DNA of 50,007 bases, taken from NCBI GenBank assembly GCA_043780835.1, contig JAYWCB010000015.1:1-50007 (forward strand), written 5' to 3'. A program made the translations under genes and the position numbers. This DNA is from Minisyncoccota bacterium. GTDB lineage: Bacteria; Patescibacteriota; Minisyncoccia; Phycocordibacterales; UBA2100. Under the pieces are notes generated by a model. The model ran no database searches. It saw only the letters and a list, made by a program, of their open reading frames with translations, and was not told where the DNA came from. Positions within the stretch are counted from its first letter, which is position 1, and the number at the start of each line of letters is the position of its first letter. Below are positions 46,902 to 50,007 of this stretch, in pieces.

Positions 46902-47405
46902 CTATTGAATCACAATCGGAATTTCGACGGCGTCGTCGTTTTCGGGAAGACCGGAGGGGTTGTCGCGCATGAGCACGAGTGTTCCCGGACCTTTGTATGC
47001 ACCCTCTATATTCATCGTAGCGGTAAACGAAACCTGCTTTGTCGTCATCCACTCCCCTTGTGCGCTTGCATGCGTGCGACCAATCACATTGCCGTCTTTG
47101 TCGCGCACCTGTATCGGAAACGATGCCTCAAAATACCAACCGCCCGGCGCAGAACCCTTAATAGCAAAGGAACTCCCGACTGTGGAGTGCGCGACAGGCG
47201 CTGTTACGGAGACACTTTTGGAGAGGGGTTGATTAGCCGGTGTTGTCTTTGGAGCGGGATGCTGTGCCACGGTAGTGGTAGCCCGTGCAGGTTGAACTGG
47301 TACGGCGCGCGGCGTTGGAATCGCAAAAAGCATCCATGTCAAAACAAGAATAACCACAAAGAGAACGATGGCGACAACCATCCAGATTTTTGAACTTTTA
47401 TCCAT
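46902..47405 (-). CDS. Membrane-anchored Gmad2-type Ig-like protein
   Basis: WYFEASFP, WMTT, DNPSGLPEN; TACAAT 7 nt before the ATG at 47405. Confidence 0.8.
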   Translation of the reverse strand: MDKSSKIWMVVAIVLFVVILVLTWMLFAIPTPRAVPVQPARATTTVAQHPAPKTTPANQPLSKSVSVTAPVAHSTVGSSFAIKGSAPGGWYFEASFPIQVRDKDGNVIGRTHASAQGEWMTTKQVSFTATMNIEGAYKGPGTLVLMRDNPSGLPENDDAVEIPIVIQ

Positions 47406-47446
47406 AGAATAGATTGTACCGTAATGACGTGTGGCATACGCCACAA

Positions 47447-48394
47447 TTACAGCGTGCTTATGAATGCCGCAATCTTATCCGCATCGTGTCGAGCGATATC
47501 TGCTTCTAGAAAAAAGTCCCCCGTTACGATGTGTTTGGCATATTTCTTTGACTCCGCTTCGTCACAGATCATCGGGTATTGCTTCTGCGCTGCATATGTT
47601 TCCACGAGCGCGGCGTCGAGCGGATGGGTATTGCAGATTGCATAATCAAATGACTCCAGACCGCTGTATTTTAAGAGCTCACGTAACATGTCCGACGTTT
47701 TGAAGCCGTGTGTCTCACCCCACTTTGTCATCAGGTTGCAGATCACCACAGTCTTCGCCTTTGATTCTTTGAGTGCGGCCTGCATGCCGTCTACCAACAC
47801 GTTCGGTATGACAGATGTATACAAATCGCCGGGTCCCAAAATAATGATGTCGGCAGCGCGGATTGCTGCGTCTGTTTCACTAAAGATGTGCGCAGGAGGA
47901 TCAAGAAATACACGTTCAATTTTCAGATTGCCGTCGTGCTGCGGAATATCTATATTGGTCTCTCCGACGATTTCTGCACCGTTTTCGAGTCGCGCGTGCA
48001 GGTGCGACTTATCAACCGATACCGGTAGTACCGTTCCTTTGATATCAAGCACTTCGGATGCTTTGCGTATCGCCTCAATATCACTTCCGTAAATTGACGA
48101 AAGCGCGGCGATAAATAAATTTCCAAAGCTGTGTCCTGAGACTGATCCTTCTTCCTTGAAGCGGAAGTTGAACAGATTGCGGAGAATGTCGCCGCGATTC
48201 CCCTCTGCAAGTGCCGCAAGCGCACGCCGCACATCGCCCGGCGGAAGAATGCCAAACTCGTCTCGCAACACACCGGACGATCCGCCGGAATCAAACATAG
48301 TAACGACCGCCGTAATATCAAGCGGAAGGTTCTTGAGTCCGTGCAGGAGTGTGTAGCCGGACGATCCGCCGCCGATGCGGACGAGTTTTTGCAT
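47447..48394 (-). CDS. yvcK: YvcK/GlmR (CofD-like, UPF0052) family protein
   Basis: DSGGSSG, PPGDVRR, GHSFGNL, GPGDLYTS, RHD. Confidence 0.9.
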   Translation of the reverse strand: MQKLVRIGGGSSGYTLLHGLKNLPLDITAVVTMFDSGGSSGVLRDEFGILPPGDVRRALAALAEGNRGDILRNLFNFRFKEEGSVSGHSFGNLFIAALSSIYGSDIEAIRKASEVLDIKGTVLPVSVDKSHLHARLENGAEIVGETNIDIPQHDGNLKIERVFLDPPAHIFSETDAAIRAADIIILGPGDLYTSVIPNVLVDGMQAALKESKAKTVVICNLMTKWGETHGFKTSDMLRELLKYSGLESFDYAICNTHPLDAALVETYAAQKQYPMICDEAESKKYAKHIVTGDFFLEADIARHDADKIAAFISTL

Positions 48395-48484
48395 AATTCG
48401 GCCATGCTACACCCGCTATCCACATGTGGCTAGTGGCTTGCGCACACATTTTCGCCTGCTACGATGCATGTACAGCTGAATATC

Positions 48485-48594
48485 GTATCAAGAGCGCGGT
48501 GAAAGTTCTGGCTTCACGATCCGCCGGCAACTTGTCCAAGCAGTCCTTCGACTGACTCAGGATAAAGTGCCCTCCAGACCCCAAGGGGAGATAC
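48485..48594 (+). ncRNA. SAM-I-like riboswitch
   Basis: P1 gtatc/gatac, ATCAAGAG, CTGG loop with CCAG pseudoknot partner, CGGCAAC...GTGCC core; directly upstream of metK; TGCTACGAT promoter at 48457-48465. Confidence 0.85.
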
Positions 48595-48828
48595 ATTTGT
48601 CGATGCATCTCCACTATCTAAAAAGATCGGGGAGATATTTGCTTTTTTAGAAGCTGTTTGAGCGAAGCGAATTACAGATTCTTAACCCGACCACACGTCT
48701 ATCAATTTTTGTTCACAGGCTCACATTGATTCAATAGTCAACGTGAACCTCGAACATCAGAAATGCGTGAACGTGTGTACGGGTATAAGATTTCCTAAAC
48801 TCGCATAGCTACGTTAAGAAAATCTAAT

Positions 48829-49881
48829 ATGTTCCATTCTCTCTCGCGTTATACGACGGAATCAGTAACCGCAGGTCATCCCGATAAAGTCTGCGATCAG
48901 ATTTCTGATGCGATCCTCGACGCGTGCCTTTCGCAGGATCCCAAAAGCCGCGTTGCGGTCGAATCATTCGGCAGCCACGGCACGCTCATGCTCGGCGGCG
49001 AACTTACGACCACTGCAAAAATCGATGCAGAGGCAATTGCACGTCAGGTGTACAAAGACATCGGGTACACCGACGAACTGAAAGTACTCAACACCATCGT
49101 GACGCAATCACCCGACATTTCGCAAGGCGTTGATACCGGCGGCGCAGGCGATCAGGGCATCATGTACGGTTTTGCAACCGACGAAACGAAGGAATTTCTG
49201 CCGCTCGGCGTGGTACTTGCGCATGCACTCGCTCGAAAGCTCGAAGGAGTACGTCGTGACGGATCGCTCCCATGGGTTATGCCAGACGGGAAGACTCAAG
49301 TAACGATCGATGACGGAGCAGTGATTACAGCACTCATTTCTACGCAGCACGAAGAATCTGTTTCGCAGGAGGAGATTCGCGCAAAATTGATCAGCGATGT
49401 GTTTACGCCGGTGCTCGGCGACACATCCGAGATCGAGATACTCGTCAATCCAACGGGTAAGTTCGTACTCGGTGGATTCGCCGCGGATGCAGGGCTCACC
49501 GGACGCAAGATCATGGTTGATACGTACGGCGGTCTCATGCCGCATGGCGGCGGTGCTTTCTCCGGCAAAGATGCCACGAAGGTTGACCGTTCTGCCGCAT
49601 ACATGTGCCGCTTCGCCGCAAAAAATCTGGTTGCAAATGGTCACGCAAAAAAGGCGCTCGTGTCGGTTGCATATGCAATCGGACGCGTTGAACCGGTGAT
49701 GATCGAAGCATTCGATGACGAAGGCAACAATCTGACTGACCTCGTCACAAAGAACTTTGATTTTCGTCCGCAGGCAATCATTGAGCGCCTCGGATTACGA
49801 AGCCCTATATTCCGTCCGACGGCAGCCTACGGACACTTCGGTGTCGAAGGCCGCTCGTGGGAGCAAATCGTTAAAGTCTAA
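48829..49881 (+). CDS. metK: S-adenosylmethionine synthetase
   Basis: ESVTAGHPDK, GAGDQG, GLTGRKI, GGGAFSGKD. Confidence 0.97.
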   Translation: MFHSLSRYTTESVTAGHPDKVCDQISDAILDACLSQDPKSRVAVESFGSHGTLMLGGELTTTAKIDAEAIARQVYKDIGYTDELKVLNTIVTQSPDISQGVDTGGAGDQGIMYGFATDETKEFLPLGVVLAHALARKLEGVRRDGSLPWVMPDGKTQVTIDDGAVITALISTQHEESVSQEEIRAKLISDVFTPVLGDTSEIEILVNPTGKFVLGGFAADAGLTGRKIMVDTYGGLMPHGGGAFSGKDATKVDRSAAYMCRFAAKNLVANGHAKKALVSVAYAIGRVEPVMIEAFDDEGNNLTDLVTKNFDFRPQAIIERLGLRSPIFRPTAAYGHFGVEGRSWEQIVKV

Positions 49882-50007
49882 CTACTACTCATTTTTTGGC
49901 TCAACTGAGCAAATGACCCCCTCCCCGGCCTCCGCTTCGCTGCGACCGGGGTTTCCTTTTGCTGGCATGAGGATTCTAGCTGAATAATCTGAAGTTCTGT
50001 GGATTGT

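Overview
Bacterial chromosomal segment. Gene content and style suggest a Patescibacteria (CPR, Parcubacteria-like) genome; this is inference, not a database result. Housekeeping and envelope genes include a PurC-PurE fusion, bcp, a ParB-like gene, an ECF sigma factor, tRNA-Ser(GGA), lemA-DUF2207-htpX, groES/groEL, secG, an OppA-like protein, rnj, mutY-like, ddl, nth, yvcK, and a SAM-I-like riboswitch ahead of metK. Two regions stand out. (1) A 22.4-kb tandem pair of giant secreted proteins (about 5318 and 2126 aa) with duplicated promoter and signal-peptide starts. Between them they carry two related peptidoglycan amidases, an SLT-like domain, two RlpA-like barrels, a YpfJ-type zinc peptidase, and JAB-like and ART-like modules, making them a candidate host cell-wall-breaching, multi-effector apparatus. 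(2) A small island after tRNA-Ser in which two unrelated genes each sit between the same 80-bp left element and 90-bp right element, one unit apparently truncating an older gene; this looks like a gene-cassette system with no recombinase in the window. The ddl and ECF sigma genes look alphaproteobacterial. Many genes have a TANNNT box 6-9 nt before the ATG, suggesting widespread leaderless transcription. All family assignments are from motif recognition by eye.
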